From: an uncultured Gammaproteobacteria bacterium
Lineage (GTDB): Bacteria; Patescibacteriota; Microgenomatia; JAMCZE01
Reading direction: 5' to 3'
DNA length: 64,000 nt
NCBI GenBank assembly: GCA_964576435.1
Contig: CAZNUP010000002.1
Location: 183,182 to 247,181, forward strand
A program made the position numbers and the translations under genes. The first letter of the stretch is position 1; every line of letters begins with the position of its first letter. The notes under the pieces were generated by a model that had not been told where the DNA came from, made no database searches, and saw only the letters and a list, made by a program, of their open reading frames with translations. Below, piece after piece: positions 38,022 through 47,196 of the stretch.

Positions 38022-38321
38022 CTACTTAGCTTGTTGAAGCATTTCGCGAAGTGTCTTTGGGCGTCTGTCGTCTTCGTCTTGTTTTTGTTTTTTAGCTTTA
38101 ACTGTCGCTTGTTTAGTAGCTGCAGCTTGTTGCTTTTGTTGGAACCTTTGAACAGTTCCTGCCGTGTCTACAAATCTTTGAGCGCCTGTGTAGAAAGGAT
38201 GGCAGGCAGAGCAGATTTCTACTTTGATTGCATCTTTGGTGGAACCTGTTGTGAAGACATTACCGCAGGCGCAAACTACCTGGATATCTTCAAAATATTG
38301 TGGGTGAATGTTGGTTTTCAT
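38022..38321 (-). CDS. rpmE: 50S ribosomal protein L31
   Basis: MKTNIHPQY...CACGN...[10 protein letters not shown] zinc ribbon, followed by a basic C-terminal extension. Confidence 0.88.
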   Translation of the reverse strand: MKTNIHPQYFEDIQVVCACGNVFTTGSTKDAIKVEICSACHPFYTGAQRFVDTAGTVQRFQQKQQAAATKQATVKAKKQKQDEDDRRPKTLREMLQQAK

Positions 38322-38373
38322 TAACAGTATATTATCACATATCTTGTAATTAATAAAGTCTTATAGTGATATA

Positions 38374-38865
38374 ATGACTGCAATGAATGCTCAAGAAAGT
38401 GAAAATTTTGAGAATAAATTGACTCCGGCTGAGGAGGAGGTTTGCCGCCTTGTGGCCCAGGGTCTGGAAAACAAGGAAATAGCATTTCAGCTTAGAAAAA
38501 ATGCGAAAACTGTGGCGAACCAGATGACCTCAATAATGCAAAAATTAGGTGTTTCTTCTAGAGGCGAGCTTGTGTTGACCAGAGGTGAAATAAAGACAGA
38601 ATATTATTTAGGCTTAATACTGTCGGAAGAATTGAAACTTTCTAATTCAGAAAGAGTTGCGTTCGAAGCTTTAATTGATGGACTTGAACCCAGGGTTGGT
38701 AGGGATATCGCTCTTAGAAGTGATACCAGCCCAAGTCGGATTGCGAATAGATTCCATGGAGTAGGTAATAGATTCAGGCTGGTTACTGGTCGGGATATGA
38801 CACTTGTTGACAAGTTCGGCATAAGTTTGGCTTGCCAAGAAATTTCTAACAGAAAACAAACCTAA
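38374..38865 (+). CDS. LuxR/GerE-family HTH regulator with HTH at the N-terminus and unknown C-terminal domain
   Basis: LTPAEEEVCRLVAQGLENKEIAFQLRKNAKTVANQMTSIMQKLGVSSRGEL matches the LuxR-type HTH. Confidence 0.65.
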   Translation: MTAMNAQESENFENKLTPAEEEVCRLVAQGLENKEIAFQLRKNAKTVANQMTSIMQKLGVSSRGELVLTRGEIKTEYYLGLILSEELKLSNSERVAFEALIDGLEPRVGRDIALRSDTSPSRIANRFHGVGNRFRLVTGRDMTLVDKFGISLACQEISNRKQT

Positions 38866-39839
38866 GAGGCATTTGGATGTTTTTTTGTTTGGTGTCTAGT
38901 TTCAGCAAATGCGAGTCCAATTATTATCAAGACTGATCCAATCATAAAGAATACTGTTGGTTTTTCATCTAGGAAAAGGATACTTAGACTGACAGCCACA
39001 ATTGTGCTTACATATCCCATTGTTGAGGCAATGGAGGCTGGAATGAACTTAAGTCCAGTATTAGAGAAGATGTAGGCTAGGATGGAAGATCCAATAACTA
39101 GATAGGCAATGATTAGAACGTCTCCAGTTGTGATTCTTGTCATCCAGGATGGATCTTGAATAAATTCCCAGATAAAAAGAGGAATTGACAGAACCAAGGT
39201 AATTAGGAAAGTATAGAAAGCAATTAAAACAGGGCTGTATTTGGCGACAAGTCTTTTTAAGATGACAAAGGAGATTACGGCAGCAATTGCTGATCCTAGC
39301 ATTAGGAAATTTCCAAAAAAGTCTCCTTGGCCAAAGCTAAAAATAGGAGAGCCAATGATAACTAAAGTTCCCAGAAAGGCTATTCCCACACCGACATAGA
39401 CCTTTTTATCTAGGCGTTCTTTTAGGAAGAAATAGGAGTAGATTACTAGGAAAATTGTGCCGGTACTTGCTATGACCCAGGCATCAATAACTGTTGTTCT
39501 AGTTTGTCCCCAGAAATAGAGAGCTAGATTTAAGAAAACTCCAAAGAAGGCACAAAGAAAAATGTCTTTTATGTCCATATTTCCGAATGGAAAGATGTCA
39601 GTTATGAGGTTTTTCTTAGGTAGCTTGTTTTCTTTTTGAAGTTTTTCTTTTAGTTCTGGGAGAAGTTTAAATTCGAAAATTGGGAAAAGAATTAAAGTCG
39701 TAAAAAGCGCTCTTAGGAACATTAGACTCATGGGAGGAATGTCAGTTAAAACGACTTTGACAAATGGTCCCGCTATACCCCAAATTACATGGGCAGATAG
39801 GGTTAAAATAATGCCTTTGTGCCAATTATTCAATTTCAT
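38862..39839 (-). CDS. EamA-family (DMT superfamily) transporter
   Basis: About 10 TM helices arranged as a duplicated 5-helix unit. Confidence 0.65.
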   Translation of the reverse strand: MKLNNWHKGIILTLSAHVIWGIAGPFVKVVLTDIPPMSLMFLRALFTTLILFPIFEFKLLPELKEKLQKENKLPKKNLITDIFPFGNMDIKDIFLCAFFGVFLNLALYFWGQTRTTVIDAWVIASTGTIFLVIYSYFFLKERLDKKVYVGVGIAFLGTLVIIGSPIFSFGQGDFFGNFLMLGSAIAAVISFVILKRLVAKYSPVLIAFYTFLITLVLSIPLFIWEFIQDPSWMTRITTGDVLIIAYLVIGSSILAYIFSNTGLKFIPASIASTMGYVSTIVAVSLSILFLDEKPTVFFMIGSVLIIIGLAFAETRHQTKKHPNAS

Positions 39840-41079
39840 CCGTTAGATTCTCCTGCGGAAGAGTTTTTTGCTGTTTGGTTTGGAGATTTTTAACTGTGAC
39901 CAAACCTTTTTCTGCTTCATCAGGTCCAATTATTATGGCATAGGGAATACCTTTTTGATCGGCATACTTTAGTTGCTTATCGAGTTTTGTGGTGATGCTT
40001 AAATAGATTTCAGCGCTAATATTTTTTGCACGAATTTGATTGACTACCTCAACAGATTTATCAAAGAGATCTGGAGAGAAAATTGTCACTAGAGCGGAAC
40101 TTGGGATATTTTTGAATCCCGGCCATAAGTTAAGTTCGTTTATGACATCGACAATTCTGTCTAGTCCAAGGGTTGTTCCCACTGCTGGAGTTGGGGTGCC
40201 TGTAAACGAACCAATTAAGTTGTCGTATCTGCCACCACCTGTGACTGATCCTATTTTTGGTTCGGTGACTGTGGTTTCGAAAATTGCACCTGTGTAATAG
40301 TCTAGGCCTCTTGAGAGGAAGGGGGAGAATTCGAGGTGGTCTTCTTGAAGTCCAAATTTTTGAGCCAGCCCAATTATTTCTTGAAGATTGTCGTTTGGTT
40401 TGACTGATTTTAGAGCCTTAAAGATTGAATCAATCGTTTTTGGATCAAAGCCTTTTACACTTAGCTCTTTTTTGACTTCGTCCTCTGATTTTTTGTCCAG
40501 TTTATCGATTGATTGAATGGCAGTTAAATATTTGTCTTCACTTACCCCAGCTTTTTCCATGACTTCAAAAAGAATTTGCCTGCTATTCAATTTAATTTTG
40601 AAGTTAGTGAACTTAATTCCTTGAAGAGCCTCACAAATTACTGCCAAGATTTCGGCATCAGCAAGAGGGGAGGTGGTGCCAAACGTGTCAATGTCACATT
40701 GTGTGAACTCTCTGTATCTACCTTTCTGAGGCTTTTCAGCTCGCCATGCTGGTTGAATTTGGTATCTTTTAAAGGGTTTTGGGAGTTCTTGATATTGAGC
40801 AATCACTCTTGCTGTTGGAACTGTTAAATCGTAGCGCATTCCAACATCTCTTTGGCCGTTATCTTTAAAAAGATACATCAGTTTTTCTGCTTCCTCGCCA
40901 TATTTACCAAGGAGGATGTCTTGATACTCAAGTGTTGGAGTTTCAAGTGGTTCAAAGCCATATTTTTCAAAGATCTCAGTAAATATGGAAATTACTTTTT
41001 TTCTAATGCGAAGAGTTTCGGGTAAATAGTCCCGAAATCCAGGCAAAGTGCGTGGTTCAATTTGTTTTTTGTCTATCAT
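39826..41079 (-). CDS. hisS: histidine--tRNA ligase
   Basis: LPGFRDYLPE, class II motif 2 (RYQIQPAWRAEKPQKGRYREFTQCDID), motif 3 (GGGRYDNL), and a C-terminal anticodon-binding domain. Confidence 0.93.
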   Translation of the reverse strand: MIDKKQIEPRTLPGFRDYLPETLRIRKKVISIFTEIFEKYGFEPLETPTLEYQDILLGKYGEEAEKLMYLFKDNGQRDVGMRYDLTVPTARVIAQYQELPKPFKRYQIQPAWRAEKPQKGRYREFTQCDIDTFGTTSPLADAEILAVICEALQGIKFTNFKIKLNSRQILFEVMEKAGVSEDKYLTAIQSIDKLDKKSEDEVKKELSVKGFDPKTIDSIFKALKSVKPNDNLQEIIGLAQKFGLQEDHLEFSPFLSRGLDYYTGAIFETTVTEPKIGSVTGGGRYDNLIGSFTGTPTPAVGTTLGLDRIVDVINELNLWPGFKNIPSSALVTIFSPDLFDKSVEVVNQIRAKNISAEIYLSITTKLDKQLKYADQKGIPYAIIIGPDEAEKGLVTVKNLQTKQQKTLPQENLTDEIE

Positions 41080-41729
41080 ATTTTTATTTCAGTTACTTTG
41101 GCGCTAACTTCAAAATAACCTCGGGATCTCTTAATGGTTATTTTTTCTCTGGTTGGCTGAATAATGTTAGCATAGTTTTTGGCTACATTTAAGGCGATAC
41201 TACCAGATCCACATGCAGTTTCTTTAAATAATGTATTCGTACCTTTTACGTAAACATAAGGTGTTATTTTGTTTTTCTTGTAAATAATTAGTCCAAAGGC
41301 AGGGAGATCATATTTTTGAGTACATCTTTTTAGAAAAACTTTTAGGTTCTTTGGTTTTTTTGTCATGCAGGTGAAGCCGATTCCAGATAAAAGTATGTCT
41401 TTCCCAACTTTAACTGGATTTATTGGTAAACATATCTTTGTTAAGTTTTCACTATTTGAGTATTTAATTTTTTTATCAATGCCGCTGGCCAAGAGGTTTC
41501 CTGATCTTCCCAATATTGATGCTAGGGCAATTGTCCCATTTATGCACAATTCGTTGCCCATCATTTCAAGCTGGTAGTCATCTCCTTGTTTGGTCACAAA
41601 ACCTATTTGTTCTACCTTGCCAAGATTTTTTTTAATCAAAATTGGCCTATTCGCACGCAAGCAATTCCACACTAATAAAGTGGAATTCCCTTTAGCAATT
41701 AAGAATTTTCTTAAAATTGTTTTGCTCAT
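41076..41729 (-). CDS. diaminopimelate epimerase-fold (DapF-like) protein, short
   Basis: GNSTLLVW (compare GNDFxVVD), MGNELCINGTIALAS (compare CGNGARC) and ETACGSGSIALNV (compare ACGSGACAA). At 217 aa it is shorter than canonical DapF (about 275 aa). Confidence 0.5.
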   Translation of the reverse strand: MSKTILRKFLIAKGNSTLLVWNCLRANRPILIKKNLGKVEQIGFVTKQGDDYQLEMMGNELCINGTIALASILGRSGNLLASGIDKKIKYSNSENLTKICLPINPVKVGKDILLSGIGFTCMTKKPKNLKVFLKRCTQKYDLPAFGLIIYKKNKITPYVYVKGTNTLFKETACGSGSIALNVAKNYANIIQPTREKITIKRSRGYFEVSAKVTEIKI

Positions 41730-41973
41730 ATATTTGAAGCAAAAGGGGAGGAGAAGTGGTCTAAGAACGAAAAAGCTCAGCCATTTAGTTGAGCTAACTT
41801 AGACTTTAGCTTCTGGCTCCACTTATTGCGACACCAGTCGAAATATTTTTACGGTTTTTCTTCCGTATCCCATTTTGGGGATCAGCTCCTGGATCGTGAC
41901 TCCAGTTAAGCGCTTTGTATTAAATTATGATTTATTATACCAGTTTTTAACACAGTAGGCGATTATAGCAAGA

Positions 41974-42621
41974 TTATTGGATAACTAAAGCTTTTAATGA
42001 AGAATAGACTTCATCTTCCGGAGAATGAGCTAAGACAAATGCTGTTTTTCCAGTTTGGAAATCTGATACTTTTGCCACAGTTATTTTTCCATCTGCGTCC
42101 ATTTGCTCATAGGAGGCGTCTGAAAGATCAATTTTTGTTCCATTTATGGTAATTATGTTTTTTTCTACTGCTGTTATTGGGCCCGCAAAAACAGTTCTTT
42201 TAATCTTTGTAATGATTTGCTTAGCTGTCATTGTTTTGGTTGCTGGATCGATAGTTCCAATGACAACAATATCTTCACCCTTTTTTATTCCAGCAAAATC
42301 AGTCTCGCTTTTTTTGCTGGCTTTAATTCTAAAAAACTCGGTAGCATCATTTGTGGCTATTTGCCTATCACCTTCAGAAGTTGTTATGGTGTAGGTTTCA
42401 GTACCAACAGACTTTATTACCCCGTGATAAGTCCTTTTATCTGAATCAGCAATTTGTGCAACTTTAGTTGCAACCCTATCCAAAAGATCTTGAGCCTTTT
42501 TCTCAACGGGAGTGACTTTTGCTGCTGAGGGGGTGGCGGCTGATGACACAGTTGAATCAACTGCAAATGTGGGTTTAACAAAGACTAAAGCTAAAAGCAA
42601 AATTAGGAAAGATTTTTTCAT
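41974..42621 (-). CDS. hypothetical secreted protein
   Basis: Signal peptide (MKKSFLILLLALVFVKPTFA). Confidence 0.45.
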   Translation of the reverse strand: MKKSFLILLLALVFVKPTFAVDSTVSSAATPSAAKVTPVEKKAQDLLDRVATKVAQIADSDKRTYHGVIKSVGTETYTITTSEGDRQIATNDATEFFRIKASKKSETDFAGIKKGEDIVVIGTIDPATKTMTAKQIITKIKRTVFAGPITAVEKNIITINGTKIDLSDASYEQMDADGKITVAKVSDFQTGKTAFVLAHSPEDEVYSSLKALVIQ

Positions 42622-43046
42622 TGAATTTCTAAAGTAATGTTAAGTGTTTTTGTCTGAATTGGTTCAGTTAGATCGGAAATTGTGACTTCGTTTTCTCCTT
42701 CTTCAAGTTTAACAGTTGAGTCAAATTTCCCATTGGCTCCGACTGTGGCCATTTTTTGATCTGTATTTGAATAGATGACTATTTTTGCATTTGGAGTAGC
42801 AACTCCTGAAATTTTCACTTCCGACTTTGTTACTGAACTATTATTTTCTGGAGTACTTATAGTTAAAGTCTTTTTTGTGACTTGGGCCGCTTTTGTTGGA
42901 GACTTAGAAGCTTGTGGAGTTGGGGATGCAGTCACTTGTTTTGAAGTGCCATTTGAGACAAGTTGTGGGCCAAAAAAATAGGCCCCTGCCAACATAATTC
43001 CCACGACTAAACCAATGATGATTGTTACTATTTTTTCCCTTACCAT
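42618..43046 (-). CDS. hypothetical membrane-anchored protein
   Basis: N-terminal TM helix followed by an S/T/P-rich exported region. The ORF overlaps the downstream gene by 4 nt. Confidence 0.45.
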   Translation of the reverse strand: MVREKIVTIIIGLVVGIMLAGAYFFGPQLVSNGTSKQVTASPTPQASKSPTKAAQVTKKTLTISTPENNSSVTKSEVKISGVATPNAKIVIYSNTDQKMATVGANGKFDSTVKLEEGENEVTISDLTEPIQTKTLNITLEIQ

Positions 43047-43115
43047 GGTAGTGTGGCGATTCTAGATTGAGTTTGTTCTATTGTCAACTTTAGAAAGGGT
43101 GATAATATTCTCCTT

Positions 43116-43736
43116 ATGGATATTTATCCACTTGGACATGCTAGCTTCAAAATAAAAGGTAAGACCGCTACAGTTGTAACTGATCCATATGAAGGAAAAG
43201 CGGAAGCAGATATTGTTTTAGTTTCTCACGAGCATCCTGATCACAACGCAATTTCTAAAGTTTCTGGGGAACCATTTATTGTTAATGGACCTGGAGAATA
43301 TGAAATTAAAGATGTTACTGTAACTGGAGTGCCTTCTTATCATGATGATAAAAAAGGTGAAGAGCGAGGGAACAATGTCATTTATAAGTTTACTGTTGAT
43401 GGACTAAATTTGTGTCATCTTGGGGATCTGGGACACAAGCTAACTGATAAACAAGTTGAAGACATTGGGGATGTTGATATTTTGTTTGTTCCAGTTGGAG
43501 GACACTTTACAATTAGTGCTGAGACAGCTTCTGAAGTTGTTGCTCAAATTGAACCTTATATTGTTATTCCAATGCATTATAAGACAAAAGATTCTGATCC
43601 AAAGATTTTTGAAAAACTTGATGGTGTGTCTACGTTTTTGAAGGCAATGGGAGCCGAGGCAGTTACTCCAGTTAACAAATTTAGTATCTCTAAAGACAAG
43701 TTGCCAGAAAACACTAGTATTATTGTTTTAGAGTAG
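43116..43736 (+). CDS. MBL-fold metal-dependent hydrolase (UPF0173-like)
   Basis: HEHPDHN is the HxHxDH motif. Confidence 0.72.
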   Translation: MDIYPLGHASFKIKGKTATVVTDPYEGKAEADIVLVSHEHPDHNAISKVSGEPFIVNGPGEYEIKDVTVTGVPSYHDDKKGEERGNNVIYKFTVDGLNLCHLGDLGHKLTDKQVEDIGDVDILFVPVGGHFTISAETASEVVAQIEPYIVIPMHYKTKDSDPKIFEKLDGVSTFLKAMGAEAVTPVNKFSISKDKLPENTSIIVLE

Positions 43737-43739
43737 TTT

Positions 43740-45080
43740 ATGGCTTCCCCAAAAATTCCTCCAAACAGCCTTGAGGCTGAGCAATCGGTGCTTGGGGCGA
43801 TATTGATTGATAAGAATGCCATTGTTGAAGTGGCAGGATTTTTGCGTCCGCATCATTTTTATGAAGCTAGACACGGAGATATCTTTGATTCAATGCTGTC
43901 CCTTTATGAAGAAAGGCGTCCAATTGATCTCTTAACTCTCACTGAAAAGTTGAAGACAGTTAAAAAGTATAAAGATATTGGAGGGTCTGCATATCTTACT
44001 GAGCTTACTGGAGCGGTTCCTACATCAGCCCACGTTGAACAATACGGAAAAATTATTCGGGAACTTAGTGCCAAGAGAGAACTAATTGCAGCAGGGGGAA
44101 TTATCACAGAATCAGCTTTTGATTCAGGCAAGAATTTACAAACGGTTCTCGATGAAGCGGAGTCAAAAATTTTTTCAATTTCTCAAGAAAATTTAGCACG
44201 GAACTTTGTTTCTATGAAAGAAGTTCTTGCTGGAAGTTTCGATAGACTTGACGAGATACAAAGACTTGGAGGAGGAATGAGGGGAGTGCCAACGGGATAT
44301 AAGGATCTTGATAACTTGCTTGCCGGGATGCAGGCATCAAATTTAATAGTTCTGGCTGCAAGACCGGGAACTGGAAAAACTGCGTTTACACTTAATCTTG
44401 CCCAACATGTTGCTGTTAAAGAGAAGATGCAGGTTGGGTTCTTTTCTTTGGAAATGAGCAGTGAGGAACTTGGGGACAGACTTCTTGTTATGGAAGCGGG
44501 AATTGATTCATGGCGACTTAAAACTGGAAAACTTCAGGATGAGGACTTTGACAAACTTCAAGAGGCCATGGGAGTCCTTGCTGATGCACCAATCTATATT
44601 GATGACACCCCTGGGCTTTCAATTATGGAAATGAGAACAAAAGCTAGGAGACTTCAGATGGAGCGGGGCCTTAAACTTGTAGTTGTCGATTATTTGCAAC
44701 TTATGGATGCAGGGAGAAGATTTGATTCAAGAGTCCAAGAAGTCTCCATGATTTCGCAATCGCTTAAAAATTTGGCTCGTGAACTTAGAGTGCCTGTTAT
44801 AGCGGTGTCACAGCTTTCCCGGGCTGTGGAACAAAGAGGAACCAAAAAACCACAGCTGTCAGATCTTCGAGAATCTGGATCAATTGAACAGGATGCGGAT
44901 GTTGTGATGTTTTTGTATAGAGCTGAAGAAGCTGGTGACATGGCACCGTCTGACAAAATGCCAATTAAACTGGCAATTGAAAAGCATAGAAATGGACAAG
45001 CGGGAGTGGAAATTGACTTTATGTTCCACGGGGCTAAACAACAGTTTAAACTTATGAGTAAAGCAGCTACAACTACTTAG
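43740..45080 (+). CDS. dnaB: replicative DNA helicase DnaB
   Basis: N-terminal LEAEQSVLGAILID, Walker A (ARPGTGKTAF) and RecA-like motifs (DYLQLM, SQLSR). Confidence 0.93.
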   Translation: MASPKIPPNSLEAEQSVLGAILIDKNAIVEVAGFLRPHHFYEARHGDIFDSMLSLYEERRPIDLLTLTEKLKTVKKYKDIGGSAYLTELTGAVPTSAHVEQYGKIIRELSAKRELIAAGGIITESAFDSGKNLQTVLDEAESKIFSISQENLARNFVSMKEVLAGSFDRLDEIQRLGGGMRGVPTGYKDLDNLLAGMQASNLIVLAARPGTGKTAFTLNLAQHVAVKEKMQVGFFSLEMSSEELGDRLLVMEAGIDSWRLKTGKLQDEDFDKLQEAMGVLADAPIYIDDTPGLSIMEMRTKARRLQMERGLKLVVVDYLQLMDAGRRFDSRVQEVSMISQSLKNLARELRVPVIAVSQLSRAVEQRGTKKPQLSDLRESGSIEQDADVVMFLYRAEEAGDMAPSDKMPIKLAIEKHRNGQAGVEIDFMFHGAKQQFKLMSKAATTT

Positions 45081-45403
45081 CTCCAGGAGCGTTTTTTGTT
45101 GATTTTCTCTTTTTCTCTGAATGCTTTTTCTAAATTAATGCCGAAATCATTAGCTATTTCCAAAAGGAGCATAAATGCGTCCGCAGTTTCTTCTGCTATG
45201 TTGTGATTTTTTGAGTTTTTGTCGACCTTCATAGCTTTAGCTTTTCTGGCAGATTTTGCCAATTCGCCACATTCTTCCATAAGTAATACAAAGCGTTCAG
45301 ACCAGTTTTCTTTCTGAAAACCGCGAAGCTGGATCATTAGTTTTACATATTCTTGATAATGCTTTAGCGTTGGATTTTTTGGGAGGATAAGTTTGTCTTT
45401 CAT
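45077..45403 (-). CDS. MazG-like nucleotide pyrophosphohydrolase domain protein
   Basis: The EECGEL...EETADAF acidic pairs match the MazG NTP-PPase motif. I moved the start to the ATG at 45403 to clear the tRNA (the ORF track gives 45439). Confidence 0.55.
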   Translation of the reverse strand: MKDKLILPKNPTLKHYQEYVKLMIQLRGFQKENWSERFVLLMEECGELAKSARKAKAMKVDKNSKNHNIAEETADAFMLLLEIANDFGINLEKAFREKEKINKKRSWS

Positions 45404-45406
45404 ATG

Positions 45407-45490
45407 TGCCGGGGGAGGGAGTCGAACCCTCACAGACATTACATCTAATAGTTTTTGAGACTATCGCGTATACCATTCCGCCACCTCGGC
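45407..45490 (-). tRNA. tRNA-Leu (anticodon CAA), long variable arm
   Basis: The reverse complement reads GCCGAGG-T-GGCGGAATGG...ATAGT-CTCAAAA-ACTAT...GAGGGTTCGACTCCCTC-CCCCGGC-A. It shows 7-bp acceptor pairing with one mismatch, a GTTCGACTC T-loop and a CAA anticodon loop. CCA is not encoded. Confidence 0.8.
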
Positions 45491-45555
45491 ATTTGTTTTA
45501 TTATACCTCAGATTTATATCAACCTGATAAGACTTGTCTATTTATGATCCTATAG

Positions 45556-45561
45556 TATAAT
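45556..45561 (+). promoter_or_regulatory. -10 box (TATAAT) within conserved atcctatagtataataat motif, 6 nt upstream of ATG 45568
   Basis: Identical to the motif at 29073..29090. Confidence 0.4.
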
Positions 45562-45567
45562 AATTAT

Positions 45568-46113
45568 ATGAATACTATGGATTTTGAAGTAGCACCTTTT
45601 TTGATTCGCTCTCATCATTTACAAAAATTACTTGAAGTAAAAAAACAAAATTATGATATGAGAGGATTTCTTCATAGTTTGGTTTGTGCCGTTATTGTGC
45701 GGAGAGGGGAAATAGTCCGACCTGGTTTAACTTATGGCGAAGATGTGAAGGGGAAAAATAAGGCCGGTAGACAAAAATTTGAAGCGGGTGTTACAAAATA
45801 TATTGATTCATACAAAAAATTACAACCTGATGCCCCAATAAAAATTGGGTCTTTTTTAGATGGGATTTGTATGGCGTGTGTGATTGGCGAACATTGTAAA
45901 CTTAGTTTAAATAATACTGATTATAACTATGGGGAGGGTTATGCTGTTGATAAATTTATCGACTTAGCAAGACGTTTGAAGATCTTAGATCGGATACAAG
46001 TTTTTGATCCTTCGGAAGGCTCGATTCGTACAATAATTACGACTAAAGGTGTAGTTGAACAAATAATCTCGGAAGCAGCTGAGCGCAGGGAACACTTTAT
46101 ACCAAAAAGTTAG
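45568..46113 (+). CDS. hypothetical protein
   Basis: 181-aa ORF that shares its promoter motif with the 29096 gene. Confidence 0.45.
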   Translation: MNTMDFEVAPFLIRSHHLQKLLEVKKQNYDMRGFLHSLVCAVIVRRGEIVRPGLTYGEDVKGKNKAGRQKFEAGVTKYIDSYKKLQPDAPIKIGSFLDGICMACVIGEHCKLSLNNTDYNYGEGYAVDKFIDLARRLKILDRIQVFDPSEGSIRTIITTKGVVEQIISEAAERREHFIPKS

Positions 46114-46157
46114 CAAGTATTTAATAATTAAAGACTTTGAGGTAGAATTCTTTCGGA

Positions 46158-46727
46158 ATGATTGATGTTACTGAACTTCGCCAGGGAATAGTTTATGAAG
46201 ATGCCAATACTGGTGTTGGGCCTTGGGTGGTCATTAAATATGAGCACGTTAAGATGGGCCGGGGATCTGCAACTATTAAAGTTAAGATTAAAAACCTCAA
46301 AACCGGAACATTAATTGAAAAATCCTATACAAATGGTGCCAGAATGCAGGATGTGACTTTGGAGAAAAGACGTGGACAGTTTCTTTATAAAGATGAGACT
46401 GGATATGTTTTTATGGATCCAGGCACTTATGAGCAGTTTTCAGTGCGTGAAGATTTGGTTGGAGAACAAGGACAATTTTTGAAGGAAGGAACTGAAGTTG
46501 ATCTTAAGTTTTACCAAGATGAGCCAATTTCAATTGTTTTACCTCTTAAAATGAATTTTGTAATAACTGACACTGATCCTGGAGTTAAGGGAAACACCGT
46601 TTCAAATGTTTATAAAGAGGCGACAATTGATACGGGAGCTAAAATTAGAGTGCCGCTTTTTGTTAACGAAGGCGAGGAAGTGGTTGTGAATACTGATACT
46701 GGGGAATACGTAGAGAGAGCTAAATAA
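46158..46727 (+). CDS. efp: elongation factor P
   Basis: 189 aa. MIDVTELRQGIVYEDANTGVGPWVVIKYEHVKMGRGSATIKVKIKNLKTG matches EF-P domain I with a KxGRG loop variant. Confidence 0.9.
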   Translation: MIDVTELRQGIVYEDANTGVGPWVVIKYEHVKMGRGSATIKVKIKNLKTGTLIEKSYTNGARMQDVTLEKRRGQFLYKDETGYVFMDPGTYEQFSVREDLVGEQGQFLKEGTEVDLKFYQDEPISIVLPLKMNFVITDTDPGVKGNTVSNVYKEATIDTGAKIRVPLFVNEGEEVVVNTDTGEYVERAK

Positions 46728-46731
46728 CAAT

Positions 46732-47196
46732 TTACTTCGGAGCAGCCCAAACTAAAAAGATTAGAACTGTTACTACTTGTGTGACAACGCCCCAAGGAGC
46801 ACTAAGTCTTGCGTTAAAACCAATATCATGGATCCAGCTTTGTAGCTTGTAGTCATGGTAGAAGGGGAATATCTTCGTGTGGAAAACAAGGTAAGGGGCT
46901 TCTAGGAAATCTGGGAGCTGGGCGGCAAAGGCAGAAATGAAAACCAATATTGGGTCTGCTACTTGAAACCAGCCCAAAAAAATCATGGCTACTAAGATGT
47001 AGCCAATAATGATGTCTAATGCTGTTTCAATATAAATCTGTTTTTTTGTTTTTGTTGCTTTATTTGTCATTGGATCCCAATGGGGGATTTTATCGATTAG
47101 AAAGTGGGATAAAAATGAAAGGGGAATGGCTATCCAGGGGTTTGGAATTTGAGTAGCAATTGATGCTCCAATAAGAGCGTGCCCAGTTGCGGTCAT
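46732..47196 (-). CDS. membrane-bound metal-dependent hydrolase (YdjM/DUF457-like)
   Basis: The start is set at the internal ATG at 47196 (MTATGHALIGA...). The product has His-rich loops and TM helices and is paralogous to 24412..24990. Confidence 0.5.
   Translation of the reverse strand: MTATGHALIGASIATQIPNPWIAIPLSFLSHFLIDKIPHWDPMTNKATKTKKQIYIETALDIIIGYILVAMIFLGWFQVADPILVFISAFAAQLPDFLEAPYLVFHTKIFPFYHDYKLQSWIHDIGFNARLSAPWGVVTQVVTVLIFLVWAAPK

Noticed and set aside
45407-45490. The tRNA as an integration hotspot for a mobile element
   Set aside because: Flanking genes (dnaB and a mazG-like gene upstream, efp downstream) are housekeeping, and there is no integrase or direct repeat of the tRNA 3' end nearby.
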